A stretch of 64,000 nucleotides of DNA from positions 129,160 to 193,159 of the forward strand of contig CBFHOE010000004.1 of assembly GCA_965657355.1 (NCBI GenBank), read 5' to 3'. Of this stretch, positions 27,777 through 37,146 are shown piece by piece. The position numbers and the translations under genes were made by a program. The DNA comes from Limisphaerales bacterium. GTDB taxonomy: Bacteria; Verrucomicrobiota; Verrucomicrobiia; Limisphaerales; JAJOIW01. Numbering within the stretch: the first letter of the stretch is position 1; the number at the start of each line of letters is the position of its first letter. Below the pieces are notes generated by a model. The model was not told where the DNA came from. It saw only the letters and a program-made list of their open reading frames with translations, and searched no databases.

Positions 27777-27980
27777 CCGAAATTAAGGCATTAGTAATGT
27801 GATGGATTGGTTTGTTTTTGCTGGGCAAGACGATAAATTCGTTTGAATCGGCGTATACAAAGGGGGACATTGAATGCTCCTTGAGTTCAAAATTTCTATC
27901 ATGTGATCAAGCCACCTCTTTTGATATTTATCGAAATTAGATTTGAGTGTCCTTAAGTCTTTCTAAAAAGAAATAAAAAA

Positions 27981-30275
27981 TTATTTGAATCTAAAAAATT
28001 TAGGTTTCCACCAACTCGGTAAAAGTCCCTGAATGGTAGATAAATTATATCTCGTATCGATAAGCAATGCTGAACCTGAGTCTGATTCAGATCTCAAAAT
28101 GCGTCCAACGGCTTGTATCACTTTGATAATGCCGGGGTAGACATACGTATAATTAAAAGCCTCGGCGTTTCCGAGTTCTTCTTCGAGGTGTTCCTGAATT
28201 AAATTTCTTTCAAGGCAAACTTGTGGTGTCCCTATTCCTACGACTGCAACGGCTTTTACGGCATTATTGGGTATGTCGATTCCTTCTGCGAAAACACCAC
28301 CCAAAACGGCAATACCTACTCTTCTTTCACTTTTTAAATTATTCGATAGGTATTCTATAAATTCAGTCTGGTCTTTTTGGGTTGAGTTTCGTTTCTGCTT
28401 TTTAAAATGGAAGTTTTCGCCCATTGCTTCGATCAACATGTCTGATACTAAGTCCATATATTGATATGAGGGGAAAAAAAGTAATTGGCTTCCTTTATTT
28501 TTAGAAATAAACCTCGTCAATAGCTGAGAAAGTTTTGGTGCTGTATTTCGTCTGGCTCTCCATGTTGTTTGTATTCCATCTTCTATCCAGACCTTGAGAT
28601 TTTCCTCTGGAAAGGGCGACGGGTAAGTAAGTTCTTTTGTCCCATTTCCTATCGGTAGCCATCTTTTAAAATACTCAAATGGACTCAATGTCGCTGACAT
28701 TAATATAATACAATGACATTTTTTAAAGGACTGCCCTAGGTAGTTTTTTGGATCGAGACAAAAGATATTGATGGAATCAGACTTTATGATTAGCCGGTCT
28801 GATTCTTTCATACTTTTATAATTCAGGAGAAAATCACTGATGCTAAAATATAGAATCTGGATTTCTTCGCGGTGCTTATTTTTTTGCAATTGCAATAATA
28901 ATCTTTCACAACAGGTCTTGCAATTTTCCAGCGAAGTCACAAATTGACTGTCTAATTTGTCTGCTGTTATTTCTCCCCCAGGATCACACGATGGTGCCAA
29001 ATTTAAAGCATCAGTGATTAACTCTTTAAGTTTGTTTGATGATCCGCCCAACCGAAGACATAAATTTTTAAGATCGAATAAATTTAAACTGCTGCCGAAC
29101 ATCGAACGAGCTCTTTCTGGAAGATTGTGAGCCTCATCGACGATAAGGATAACCTTTCTTTTGTTTTCCTCCATTAAGTAGTGTTTTAGCCCGGCTTTTG
29201 GATCAAAAATATGATTGTAGTCGGCGATGATAATATTTGCCCAATCGGACATTTCATAGGAAAGTGCCGAAGGGCACAGCAAATTCTCTTTTCCGAACTC
29301 AAGGACAGTTTTTTTGTCATACTGTTTGTAATCTTTATTTAAGTCCAGGATCCCGTCTTTATTCCTATCGAAATATCCGATCGCGTATGGACATACTTGA
29401 GTGTCACACTGTTCCTCTTCAGTTATGCACCATTCTGATGCCGCTCCCAGGGTCAGTGACTTTATTGCAGCCCCCGATTTTTGTATGTCCCTGATGGCTT
29501 TTTCAGCATTCGTTTTATTTGTGTTCCTTGCAGTAAGAAAAATAGGTAAGAAACTTCGATCTTTTGCTGCAAATTTTAATGTTGGAAACAAGGTCGCCAT
29601 CGTTTTGCCTAGCCCCGTAGGAGCTTCGAGCATCACATCGTGCCCTTCATCAATCGCTTCGATAATATTTGAAACAATGGCATCCTGGCCGGTTCTCATT
29701 TCCGAGTAGGGAAAACCACAACGAGATATGGATGGGGAATATTTTTGAAACCAATTATGTTTTTGATCGAGAGCTCTTCTATATTTTTGTCGCGCTATTT
29801 CAAAAAGCTCCTCCAAATGAGCTTTAGAAAACCCCTCTCGAAAAACGGATATAGTATCGGTATCAATGTCCAAGTACGTTAGTTGGACCTCAATTTCATT
29901 GATTTTTTCTTTTTTGGCAATAATAGCCCCATACATCTTGGCCTGTGCCCAGTGAAGAGGCTTTGCTTGGCCATCCCAGGTTGGTGTGACAGTTTTTATT
30001 TCTTCAATCAGTGTGGAGTTTCCAGTCATCCACAAGCCATCAGCCCTTCCTCTAACAGTCCATTCAAACCCAAAATCAGGTTCAGAAAATGTATGTTTTA
30101 CAGGATACTCTGAAATATAGTTGGAAGGGCGAGAATCTTGTATGCGCTTATGCCCTTCTATCCCCATCATGGCTCGCCTGGGGTTGAAGAAGCTTTTGCT
30201 GGCTCCCAGATCACCAGTGCGAAAACACCACTCCACCAGTTCTTTGACAGAAATGAAGTAATGATCCAATGGCAT
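27981..30275 (-). CDS. PD-(D/E)XK nuclease domain fused to an XPD/DinG-type Fe-S DNA helicase
   Basis: 764-aa ORF. The N-terminal GRADGLW...LIEEIKT is a D...ExK nuclease motif. Helicase motifs: Walker A EAPTGLGKT, four Fe-S cysteines (WCITEEEQCDTQVCPYA...LLCPS), DEAH box VDEAHNL, MSATLSP, and motif VI QAVGRILRSESDSGSALLID. Confidence 0.8.
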   Translation of the reverse strand: MPLDHYFISVKELVEWCFRTGDLGASKSFFNPRRAMMGIEGHKRIQDSRPSNYISEYPVKHTFSEPDFGFEWTVRGRADGLWMTGNSTLIEEIKTVTPTWDGQAKPLHWAQAKMYGAIIAKKEKINEIEVQLTYLDIDTDTISVFREGFSKAHLEELFEIARQKYRRALDQKHNWFQKYSPSISRCGFPYSEMRTGQDAIVSNIIEAIDEGHDVMLEAPTGLGKTMATLFPTLKFAAKDRSFLPIFLTARNTNKTNAEKAIRDIQKSGAAIKSLTLGAASEWCITEEEQCDTQVCPYAIGYFDRNKDGILDLNKDYKQYDKKTVLEFGKENLLCPSALSYEMSDWANIIIADYNHIFDPKAGLKHYLMEENKRKVILIVDEAHNLPERARSMFGSSLNLFDLKNLCLRLGGSSNKLKELITDALNLAPSCDPGGEITADKLDSQFVTSLENCKTCCERLLLQLQKNKHREEIQILYFSISDFLLNYKSMKESDRLIIKSDSINIFCLDPKNYLGQSFKKCHCIILMSATLSPFEYFKRWLPIGNGTKELTYPSPFPEENLKVWIEDGIQTTWRARRNTAPKLSQLLTRFISKNKGSQLLFFPSYQYMDLVSDMLIEAMGENFHFKKQKRNSTQKDQTEFIEYLSNNLKSERRVGIAVLGGVFAEGIDIPNNAVKAVAVVGIGTPQVCLERNLIQEHLEEELGNAEAFNYTYVYPGIIKVIQAVGRILRSESDSGSALLIDTRYNLSTIQGLLPSWWKPKFFRFK

Positions 30276-30289
30276 ATTTCTTGTCTATT

Positions 30290-30328
30290 TAAAAAATAAC
30301 CTGTCTCGGCAGATGGCCGAAACAGGTT
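30290..30328 (-). terminator. Rho-independent terminator downstream of the DUF1080 gene
   Basis: AACCTGTCTCGGC (30298-30310) pairs with GCCGAAACAGGTT (30316-30328): 13 bp, one mismatch, 5-nt loop. On the minus strand the stem is followed by ATTTTTTAAA. Confidence 0.7.
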
Positions 30329-30415
30329 GGTAAATTTATTGTATACCTTTTACTCTCAACTATTCTCTTCGAATAAAAGTGGAAATTTAGCAGTTGTTAT
30401 TTGTTTCTTAACTAT

Positions 30416-31132
30416 TTAGTGGAGCGGGGAAATCATTATATTCCTGTAGGCAACCGGTCCATGGTCGCCCTGGAACATGATGGGTCCGACTGCGGCTTCT
30501 TTGCCAGTAACCCCACTTGGTGTTGGCCCCTTCATTTCTACATTTTTATGCAAAATTTTTCCGTTCAGCTGAACTTTTAGAAATTTCGCATTGGCGACTT
30601 TCTGCCCTTTGTCATTAAAACGCGGTGCTACGAATTCTATGACGTATTTTTGCCAGGTTCCGGGAGGAGTGCAGGCATTGATTTTCGGTGGGGCGGCCCC
30701 GTAAATGGCCCCCATATCACCATTTCCAAGTTTATCTTTGCCGTAGCTGTCGAGGACTTGGACTTCATATTCTCCCATGACATAAATGCCGGAGTTGGAC
30801 CCTTTTGCTACCATGACTTCAAGTTCGATTTTGCATGAGCCAAACTTTTCAAGAGAATAAACATCAACCCCTTGCCCGTGGCCTGATACGTCATTGATCA
30901 GTGCCCCTTCACCCAATCCCACGTGGAGCCTCGTTGGTTCTGCTTTTGATACGACTGGAATTCCAACGTCCCATTTGCTTTTTGATTTTGGATTTTTGGT
31001 CGTCCAGCCCTTCAGGCTTTTTCCGTTGAAAGGTTTCTGTGCTTTTCCTGATTTATGATGATCGGCTGATACAGATGTCACAACCATGGCTGCCAATGCA
31101 CAAGCAGCAATCCTTTTAATTAAGTTTTTCAT
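30416..31132 (-). CDS. Secreted DUF1080 (3-keto-disaccharide hydrolase-like) domain protein
   Basis: 238-aa ORF with a signal peptide MKNLIKRIAACALAAMVV. Motifs: FNGKSLKGWT, SNSGIYV, GAIYGAAPP and IMFQGDHGPVAYRNI. Confidence 0.8.
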   Translation of the reverse strand: MKNLIKRIAACALAAMVVTSVSADHHKSGKAQKPFNGKSLKGWTTKNPKSKSKWDVGIPVVSKAEPTRLHVGLGEGALINDVSGHGQGVDVYSLEKFGSCKIELEVMVAKGSNSGIYVMGEYEVQVLDSYGKDKLGNGDMGAIYGAAPPKINACTPPGTWQKYVIEFVAPRFNDKGQKVANAKFLKVQLNGKILHKNVEMKGPTPSGVTGKEAAVGPIMFQGDHGPVAYRNIMISPLH

Positions 31133-31242
31133 AGTGATTCGATATATTTGACGTAGTTTATTTCAGTTTTTATTCATAGTGAAGTCTGATTTATGATTTG
31201 GATAACGGATCTATTACGTTATCGTGGCCTCGATTTTTGAAT

Positions 31243-31674
31243 ATGAATAAAAATCAGAAAATGAAAGAAATTGTGGCCTCTTTGCCCTCAGGCCATTACG
31301 AAAAGGAGTATCTAGGCTTTTTTGCCTGTTTCAACAGGGGAGATTTTTACGAGGCACATGACGTCTTAGAGCACCTCTGGCTTAAAAGAAGAAAGACGAA
31401 AGATGATCTCTTCTTCAAAGCTCTTATTCAACTCGCTGGCGCCTTTGTCCATCTACAAAAAGGAAAAATCAGCCCCGGTCGACGCTTATTTATTAAATCA
31501 AAGGCATACTTTGATAAATTCGAACCTTCTTACAGGGGACTTTCAATTTCCAGTCTTAAAACAATGATCGATTCTTGGGTGCTAAAAATTTCAAAATCTG
31601 ATTCAGATTTCTCATTAGACGCTTTTGACTGTCCATCGCTGAATCCGGCCCCTCCTCAGGACAAATCAGTTTAA
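31243..31674 (+). CDS. DUF309 domain protein
   Basis: Motif: GFFACFNRGDFYEAHDVLEHLWL...LIQLAGAFVHLQKG, the DUF309 pattern. The track start at 31198 is TTG; I use the in-frame ATG at 31243. Confidence 0.65.
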   Translation: MNKNQKMKEIVASLPSGHYEKEYLGFFACFNRGDFYEAHDVLEHLWLKRRKTKDDLFFKALIQLAGAFVHLQKGKISPGRRLFIKSKAYFDKFEPSYRGLSISSLKTMIDSWVLKISKSDSDFSLDAFDCPSLNPAPPQDKSV

Positions 31675-32358
31675 TCAATAATCTTTTCTCTTATAAACCC
31701 ATCCTACCCAAAATCCGCAGAAGCTACCCAACAGAAGGCCTCCCATGACATCTGATAAGTAATGGCGGTTGACCTGCATTCTGGACCATCCGACGGCTAC
31801 CGATAAAATGCAGGCCGGAGCAGCAAAATGGGGAGCTAAAAAGGCTAGGGCAGAAAGGGAAGCCGTTGTGGATGTTGTGTGCCCTGACGGAAATCCCTGG
31901 TATCTCGAATTCATCCTGAAATAGGTAAACTCTCCCCCGTCTTCCATATGTGGCCTTGCTCGGCCAAATGTGGGTCTGAAAACGTTGACTAAAATTCCTC
32001 CAATAATCCCGGCTACCAATACCCCGTATCCAACGCGCCTCCATGCTCGACGGCTTTTTGTAATCCCGGCGGCTATAAATATCCCCGAAACCAAAAGTGT
32101 CGAATATTGAAATTCTCCGAATTCGCTGAGATATTGAGCGGCTTTATGGGTGTGTGATGGTGTGGGTTGCTGTATTTGTGTTAAGATGCTTTTGTCTTGC
32201 CCGCTAAATATTATTCCCAAAATAGGAAGTGAACCCAAGACGAGGCCTGTGAGCAGGACTTGAGATTTTTGGCGAAAAAACGACCGTGAGCCATTTAAAA
32301 ACCAGATAAAGGCCATGCCAATTTTATTCAGCCAATGATGACCTGAGTTTTCGGACAT
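31675..32358 (-). CDS. PAP2-family membrane phosphatase
   Basis: 227-aa ORF with several TM helices. The three PAP2 motifs are FGRARP, PSGHT and SRMQVNRHYLSDV. Confidence 0.8.
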   Translation of the reverse strand: MSENSGHHWLNKIGMAFIWFLNGSRSFFRQKSQVLLTGLVLGSLPILGIIFSGQDKSILTQIQQPTPSHTHKAAQYLSEFGEFQYSTLLVSGIFIAAGITKSRRAWRRVGYGVLVAGIIGGILVNVFRPTFGRARPHMEDGGEFTYFRMNSRYQGFPSGHTTSTTASLSALAFLAPHFAAPACILSVAVGWSRMQVNRHYLSDVMGGLLLGSFCGFWVGWVYKRKDY

Positions 32359-32488
32359 GCAGAGACCATAATAAATGGGGCATTGCAGTCAATAATTCGC
32401 TGAGATGTTGTGGATAAAAAATATGACCTTTTTCTTTGAGGATGCTATCGATCAGTTCATGATACATTTTCTTATAGAAAAATAATTA

Positions 32489-33940
32489 ATGAGCGATCAA
32501 GAGTTTGATTTTAATGGTCGGGTTAAAGGCAAAAAGCAAGAGAAGAAGGATTTTGACAATCGCCTCGACAGATTGCCCCCCCATTCTATAGAAGCGGAAA
32601 TGGGTTCTCTGAGTTGTATTTTACAAGCTCCAAACGAATCTATTCCAGATTGCATTCAAGCATTTCAGGGGCAGTCAGAGCCGTTTTATGATCTTCGGCA
32701 CAAGGTTTTGTATGAAACGGTCATAAAGATGTATGATGGTAAGAAACCCATTGACCTGATAACAGTCCAACAGGAATTGAGAAATGTGAATGTCCTGGAC
32801 ACTATTGGTGGACTGCCCTATCTGCAAGAAGTAATCGATTTTGTGGGTTCACCCGTCAATTTGCCCACATATGTTGGCATTGTCAGAGAAAAATATCTTT
32901 TAAGGAGAATGATCCAGACCTGTGTCAGGGCTGTTAATGATGCATATGACCATGAGGGTGAAATAGACCGGTTAATGGATGAAGTCGAGCGGGACGTGCT
33001 CAAGGTGAATCAAGAAAGAGCAGGAGAGGGAAATCTCAATATGAAGCAGCTTGTTTCTGAGGTCATTACTCAAATTGAAGATTTCCACACCAGGGACGGC
33101 AGCCTAATAGGCTTGTCTAGCGGGATTAAAGACCTGGATAAGATGACAATGGGATTGAAAGGGGGAGAAATGTTTGTGATTGCAGCCCGGCCAAGTATGG
33201 GGAAAACGTCCTTATCCATGAATATTGTTGAATCTATCGCCGTCGATCAAAATATACCAACTGGAGTTTTTAGTTTGGAAATGACAGCTCAAAGCCTTGT
33301 AATGAGAATGGTTTGTGCCCGAGCACAAATCAGCAGTCGCGACATTATTAATGGTCTGATGGATAAGCCAGATTTCGCCAGGTTAACACGGGCGGCTGCC
33401 GATATGAGCAGTGCTCCACTCCATATTGATGATACTCCGGGGCTTTCGATTCTGCAGTTGCGAGCAAAAGCTCGACGGATGGCCCAACAACATGGCATAA
33501 AATTCATAGTCATCGATTATATGCAGTTGTTGCACTCAACGGCTTCTCGGGCCGACAACAGGCAGCAAGAAATCGCTGATATTTCAAATGGCGTCAAATC
33601 GTTAGCTAAGGAGCTCAATCTTCCGGTTATCGTATTGAGTCAGTTGAATAGGGAATTTGAAAAAGACAAGAATAGAAAACCGCGCTTGTCGGATCTGCGA
33701 GAATCAGGTTCGATTGAGCAGGACGCTGATATCGTCGGCTTGTTGTATCGGGCCGAATCCGGAAATGAGGATGATCCAGAATCAGAATCAGATCTTAATG
33801 AGGCTGTCCCCGTGAATTTGCTGATAGCAAAACAACGGAATGGCCCTACTGGAGACGTTTATCTTGTCTTCAGACGCAACATTACTCGGTTCGAATGCCG
33901 GGCAGCGGAGGATCTTTCAGCTGGAGTTCCTCACGCCTAA
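32489..33940 (+). CDS. dnaB: Replicative DNA helicase DnaB
   Basis: 483-aa ORF. Motifs: PPHSIEAEMGSLSCIL, Walker A ARPSMGKTS, VIDYMQLL, SQLNREFE, LRESGSIEQDAD and AKQRNGPTG. Confidence 0.95.
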   Translation: MSDQEFDFNGRVKGKKQEKKDFDNRLDRLPPHSIEAEMGSLSCILQAPNESIPDCIQAFQGQSEPFYDLRHKVLYETVIKMYDGKKPIDLITVQQELRNVNVLDTIGGLPYLQEVIDFVGSPVNLPTYVGIVREKYLLRRMIQTCVRAVNDAYDHEGEIDRLMDEVERDVLKVNQERAGEGNLNMKQLVSEVITQIEDFHTRDGSLIGLSSGIKDLDKMTMGLKGGEMFVIAARPSMGKTSLSMNIVESIAVDQNIPTGVFSLEMTAQSLVMRMVCARAQISSRDIINGLMDKPDFARLTRAAADMSSAPLHIDDTPGLSILQLRAKARRMAQQHGIKFIVIDYMQLLHSTASRADNRQQEIADISNGVKSLAKELNLPVIVLSQLNREFEKDKNRKPRLSDLRESGSIEQDADIVGLLYRAESGNEDDPESESDLNEAVPVNLLIAKQRNGPTGDVYLVFRRNITRFECRAAEDLSAGVPHA

Positions 33941-33953
33941 AGATAAAAAACGA

Positions 33954-36404
33954 ATGAAGTTAAAGTTTTTCAGATACGCTGTATTGGTCGTGCTCTTATG
34001 CTGGGGGAATGCGAACACCCAAGAGACAGGTGGATTGCAAACCTCAACAGTGACCAAGATTGGGATACACCATATTGGACCCGCGGCTGCGAGTGAATCG
34101 ATGATTCGTTCGCACATCAGGACCACTGAAGGGAAAGAGTATAACCCAAACATGCTGGATGATGACGTCCGCAATTTATATAAAACAGGGTTTTTCCAGC
34201 TGGTTCGGGTGACGAGAGACCCAATGGCGGAAGGAATGTCGGTTACTTTTGTTTTACAGGGAAAGCCTATTGTCACCGATATGACTTTCGTTGGGAATGA
34301 GAAATACAGTGCAGGAAAGTTGCTCAAAGAAGTTGATACAGTTGTCGGCGAGCCCATCGATGACAGAAAGCTGTTTTTTGATGCACAGGCCATTGAAGAT
34401 TTTTACCAGAGAAAAGGCTATTACGACATTGAGGTCACTATCGAAAAACAAGTTAGTGAGCTTAGCGGTCGTGGAAGCGTGCGATTTGTCATTGACGAAG
34501 GCGAGAAAATAAAAATCAAAGACGTCGTTTTTAATGGTGTCGATGGATTCACTCAAAAAGAATTGCGCAAAGTTTTAGATACAAAGCGCACGTGGTGGCT
34601 CGCCTGGTTAACCGGTGATGGCAAACTTAAACGAGAAGTTTTGGAAGATGACAGAGAGAGGCTCAACGCGTTTTTCAGGAACGAGGGGTTTTTAGATATC
34701 GAGATTACCAATTTTCAAATTGAACAAGTCGATGCTAATAAAGTTGTTCTTGTTTTCAACATAGAGCAAGGCCAAAAGTATGTTACGGGTGATATTGAGT
34801 TCTCAGGTAATACATTATACACCAAAGAAGAGCTGGAAGAGGCCATGGAAATGAAGCCTTCAGAAACCTTTTCACCAAAAGGTTTCTCTGATAACCGCAA
34901 GGCTGTATACGATCTCTACGACTCTCGCGGTTACATCGATTCACGAGTCCGGATTGATCAAGATCCAAACATAGAGACAGGTAAGATAGATCTCAAATAT
35001 GAAATTGATGAGGGTCAGCAATCCTACATTGATAGAATCCTGATTCAAGGGAACACTAGAACTAAGGATAAAGTCATCCGACGCGAGTTGGCCGTAAACC
35101 CAGGTGAAGTCTATGACAACCTTCGAGTCGAGGTGAGCAAGAAAAGAATTGAGCGGCTCAATTTATTTGCAGCTGTGGAAGTCGAGCCATTAGAGACGGA
35201 CGTGCCAAACCGCAGGGATCTTTCTCTGACCGTCACTGAAAAAAGTACTGCCAAACTTCAGTTTGGTGCCGGATTCTCCACAGTCGACAACATTATCGGA
35301 TTTGTTGAATTCAGCGAGTCCAACTTTGACATTGGTAAATGGTCTTACCCTAAGTTCCAAGGTGCTGGTCAAAAACTGAGGATGAGGGCGCAAATGGGTG
35401 CTCGAAGGCAGGATTACACCATCCGATTTATTGAGCCTTGGTTTTTGGATAAGAAGCTTCAATTGGGAGTTGATCTCTTTCATAGAGATCTGAATTTTAA
35501 CAGTGATGACTACAGCGAATCGAGGACAGGTGGAAAAGTCACCCTCACCAAGCCAATTCTTGAAAACTGGGTATCCGGGTTGAGGGGGTCGCTCGGGTAT
35601 GGGATCGAGCGGGTTAAATTGAACTTCGACACAGCCGGTATCTCCCGCGCAGAATCTGTCGCGATTCAGAACAAGTTGGAAAACAACATCCCACTAACAC
35701 CTGCTGAGCAGGCGGCTATTGATACCGGCCGGCAATCCTTGATTTCTCCCGATTTGGTTGCCGAGGAAACTGGTACAAGATGGGTGTCTAAAGGTTTGGC
35801 TGGCATTGCCTACGATACTCGCCGAGGTGACCCACTTTTCCCTTCCAGTGGCACCCTAACAAAGCTTGATGCGACTCTCACAGGAGGTCCCCTTGGCTTT
35901 GACACAGACTATTATAGTTTAGAAGCAAAATCTCGATGGTATTTTCCTGGAGCCTTTAGAGGGCATACCATCCAAGTCAAAGGCGATCTTGGGGTCATGG
36001 ATGCGTTCGGGGATTCCGACCAGGTCCCACTATTTGACCGCTACTTTCTCGGTGGTGCCTACAATTTGAGAGGCTATGATTTCAGGGAAGTCGGCCCAAG
36101 AGATACTTTTTTGAATGGGGAGCCGCTCGGTGGAAATACCTATTGGCTGGGAACCGTTGAATATATCATTCCTTTGATTGAGCAACTCAAATTCGCGGTT
36201 TTCTACGATATAGGAAACGTATATCCCGACGCTTATGCCTTTAACCAATTTAGCGAATTTAGTGATGACTGGGGCGTTGGGTTAAGATTGCAGACACCTT
36301 TAGGACCACTGAAACTTGATTATGCCATTCCCATTGGAGATAATGATGGATATGGCAGGGATGACGGTGTCGTCCAATTCGGGATCACTGTGAGAGAATT
36401 TTGA
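33954..36404 (+). CDS. bamA: Outer membrane protein assembly factor BamA
   Basis: The start is set at ATG 33954 (MKLKFFRYAVLVVLLCWG, a signal peptide); the track start at 33840 overlaps dnaB. POTRA-like repeats are present (for example I.GN....EL). The C-terminal beta-barrel carries RYFLGGAYNLRGY and ends in ...QFGITVREF. Confidence 0.9.
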   Translation: MKLKFFRYAVLVVLLCWGNANTQETGGLQTSTVTKIGIHHIGPAAASESMIRSHIRTTEGKEYNPNMLDDDVRNLYKTGFFQLVRVTRDPMAEGMSVTFVLQGKPIVTDMTFVGNEKYSAGKLLKEVDTVVGEPIDDRKLFFDAQAIEDFYQRKGYYDIEVTIEKQVSELSGRGSVRFVIDEGEKIKIKDVVFNGVDGFTQKELRKVLDTKRTWWLAWLTGDGKLKREVLEDDRERLNAFFRNEGFLDIEITNFQIEQVDANKVVLVFNIEQGQKYVTGDIEFSGNTLYTKEELEEAMEMKPSETFSPKGFSDNRKAVYDLYDSRGYIDSRVRIDQDPNIETGKIDLKYEIDEGQQSYIDRILIQGNTRTKDKVIRRELAVNPGEVYDNLRVEVSKKRIERLNLFAAVEVEPLETDVPNRRDLSLTVTEKSTAKLQFGAGFSTVDNIIGFVEFSESNFDIGKWSYPKFQGAGQKLRMRAQMGARRQDYTIRFIEPWFLDKKLQLGVDLFHRDLNFNSDDYSESRTGGKVTLTKPILENWVSGLRGSLGYGIERVKLNFDTAGISRAESVAIQNKLENNIPLTPAEQAAIDTGRQSLISPDLVAEETGTRWVSKGLAGIAYDTRRGDPLFPSSGTLTKLDATLTGGPLGFDTDYYSLEAKSRWYFPGAFRGHTIQVKGDLGVMDAFGDSDQVPLFDRYFLGGAYNLRGYDFREVGPRDTFLNGEPLGGNTYWLGTVEYIIPLIEQLKFAVFYDIGNVYPDAYAFNQFSEFSDDWGVGLRLQTPLGPLKLDYAIPIGDNDGYGRDDGVVQFGITVREF

Positions 36405-36441
36405 TCGAAATCTGCCACAAATCATTTAGTCTATAAAAACA

Positions 36442-37050
36442 ATGAAGTTATCAGCACTAGTATTCACATTTGTCATTTGTCTCTTTTCGGCAACATCGGT
36501 TTCTGCTCAGCAAAATATTGCTGTTGTGGATTTGCAAAAGGTTTTTGATGGTTATTACAAAACTAAAGAAGCAGACAAAGAGTTAAAAGCACAGGGCCAG
36601 GAACTGGACCGCACTCTCAAAGAAATGCTTGAAAACCACAAAGCGAAGCTAGCTGAGGTTGAAAGTTCAAGGCAAAACGCCACAAACCCAGCTCTCAGCC
36701 AGGTCGAAAGAGAACGCTTAGCTAAGGAATCTGACTCAAAACTTAACGACCTTCGAGTTCTTGAAGGAAATATTCAAAAATTTGATCAAACATCCAAATC
36801 ACGTCTTGCACAAATGCAGCTCGATTACAGACAGAAAATAATCAAAGAGCTTAGCGAGGTCATTAAAACCATAGCGCTGCAAAAAGGGTTCGATATGGTT
36901 ATCGATTCTGCGGCTAAGAGTAAAAATGACACTCCCATTGTTCTCTTCTCCAACGGGAAAACTGACATCACAGACGAGACCATCAAGGAGGCTAACAAAT
37001 CTAAAAACGCTAGCTTAGCACCCACAGGTTTGTCGCCATTAGGTCAATAG
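36442..37050 (+). CDS. skp: OmpH/Skp-family periplasmic chaperone
   Basis: 202-aa ORF. It has a signal peptide, IAVVDLQKVF, and a long charged coiled-coil region. It lies immediately downstream of bamA. Confidence 0.8.
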   Translation: MKLSALVFTFVICLFSATSVSAQQNIAVVDLQKVFDGYYKTKEADKELKAQGQELDRTLKEMLENHKAKLAEVESSRQNATNPALSQVERERLAKESDSKLNDLRVLEGNIQKFDQTSKSRLAQMQLDYRQKIIKELSEVIKTIALQKGFDMVIDSAAKSKNDTPIVLFSNGKTDITDETIKEANKSKNASLAPTGLSPLGQ

Positions 37051-37075
37051 TAGCTTTCCTCATTTGATTCTTTGG

Positions 37076-37116
37076 CGCAGATGGGATCGTTTCCTCATCT
37101 GCGTTTGTTTTATTTT
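37076..37116 (+). terminator. Rho-independent terminator after skp
   Basis: CGCAGATG (37076-37083) pairs with CATCTGCG (37096-37103). GGA/TCC extends the stem by 3 bp across a 1-nt bulge, leaving a 5-nt loop. TTTGTTTTATTTT follows. Confidence 0.8.
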
Positions 37117-37146
37117 AGAAAAGGAGAAAATACATTTACCTTAAAT

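Noticed and set aside
32409-32417. Perfect DnaA-box nonamer TGTGGATAA (complement TTATCCACA) upstream of dnaB, raising the idea of an origin or DnaA-regulated promoter.
   Set aside because: This is a single box. By rough expectation, about half a chance match to a 9-mer is expected in 64 kb on two strands. I saw no cluster of boxes, AT-rich unwinding element or dnaA/dnaN nearby.
33840-33953. Track start of bamA at 33840, overlapping dnaB. The same issue affects the track starts of miaB (37072), the esterase (26494), cca (15182) and DUF309 (31198).
   Set aside because: Internal ATG starts give canonical N-termini: a signal peptide for BamA and the esterase, and MPSVFIKTYGCQMN for MiaB. They also remove overlaps with upstream genes or with the skp terminator. 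Two of the long starts are TTG codons.
33917-34393. 158-aa minus-strand ORF inside bamA. Similar long antisense ORFs occur at 5564-5989 (in lpxI), 54473-54907 (in alaS), 50404-50811 (in the heme-dehydrogenase gene), and 10403-10768 and 11247-11618.
   Set aside because: Each lies entirely antisense to a gene with strong motif support, and none carries a recognisable motif. They are best explained as shadow ORFs.
37121-37126. AAGGAG hexamer upstream of miaB as its ribosome-binding site.
   Set aside because: It lies 20 nt upstream of the only plausible MiaB start (37147), which is too far for SD function, and no alternative start follows it in frame.
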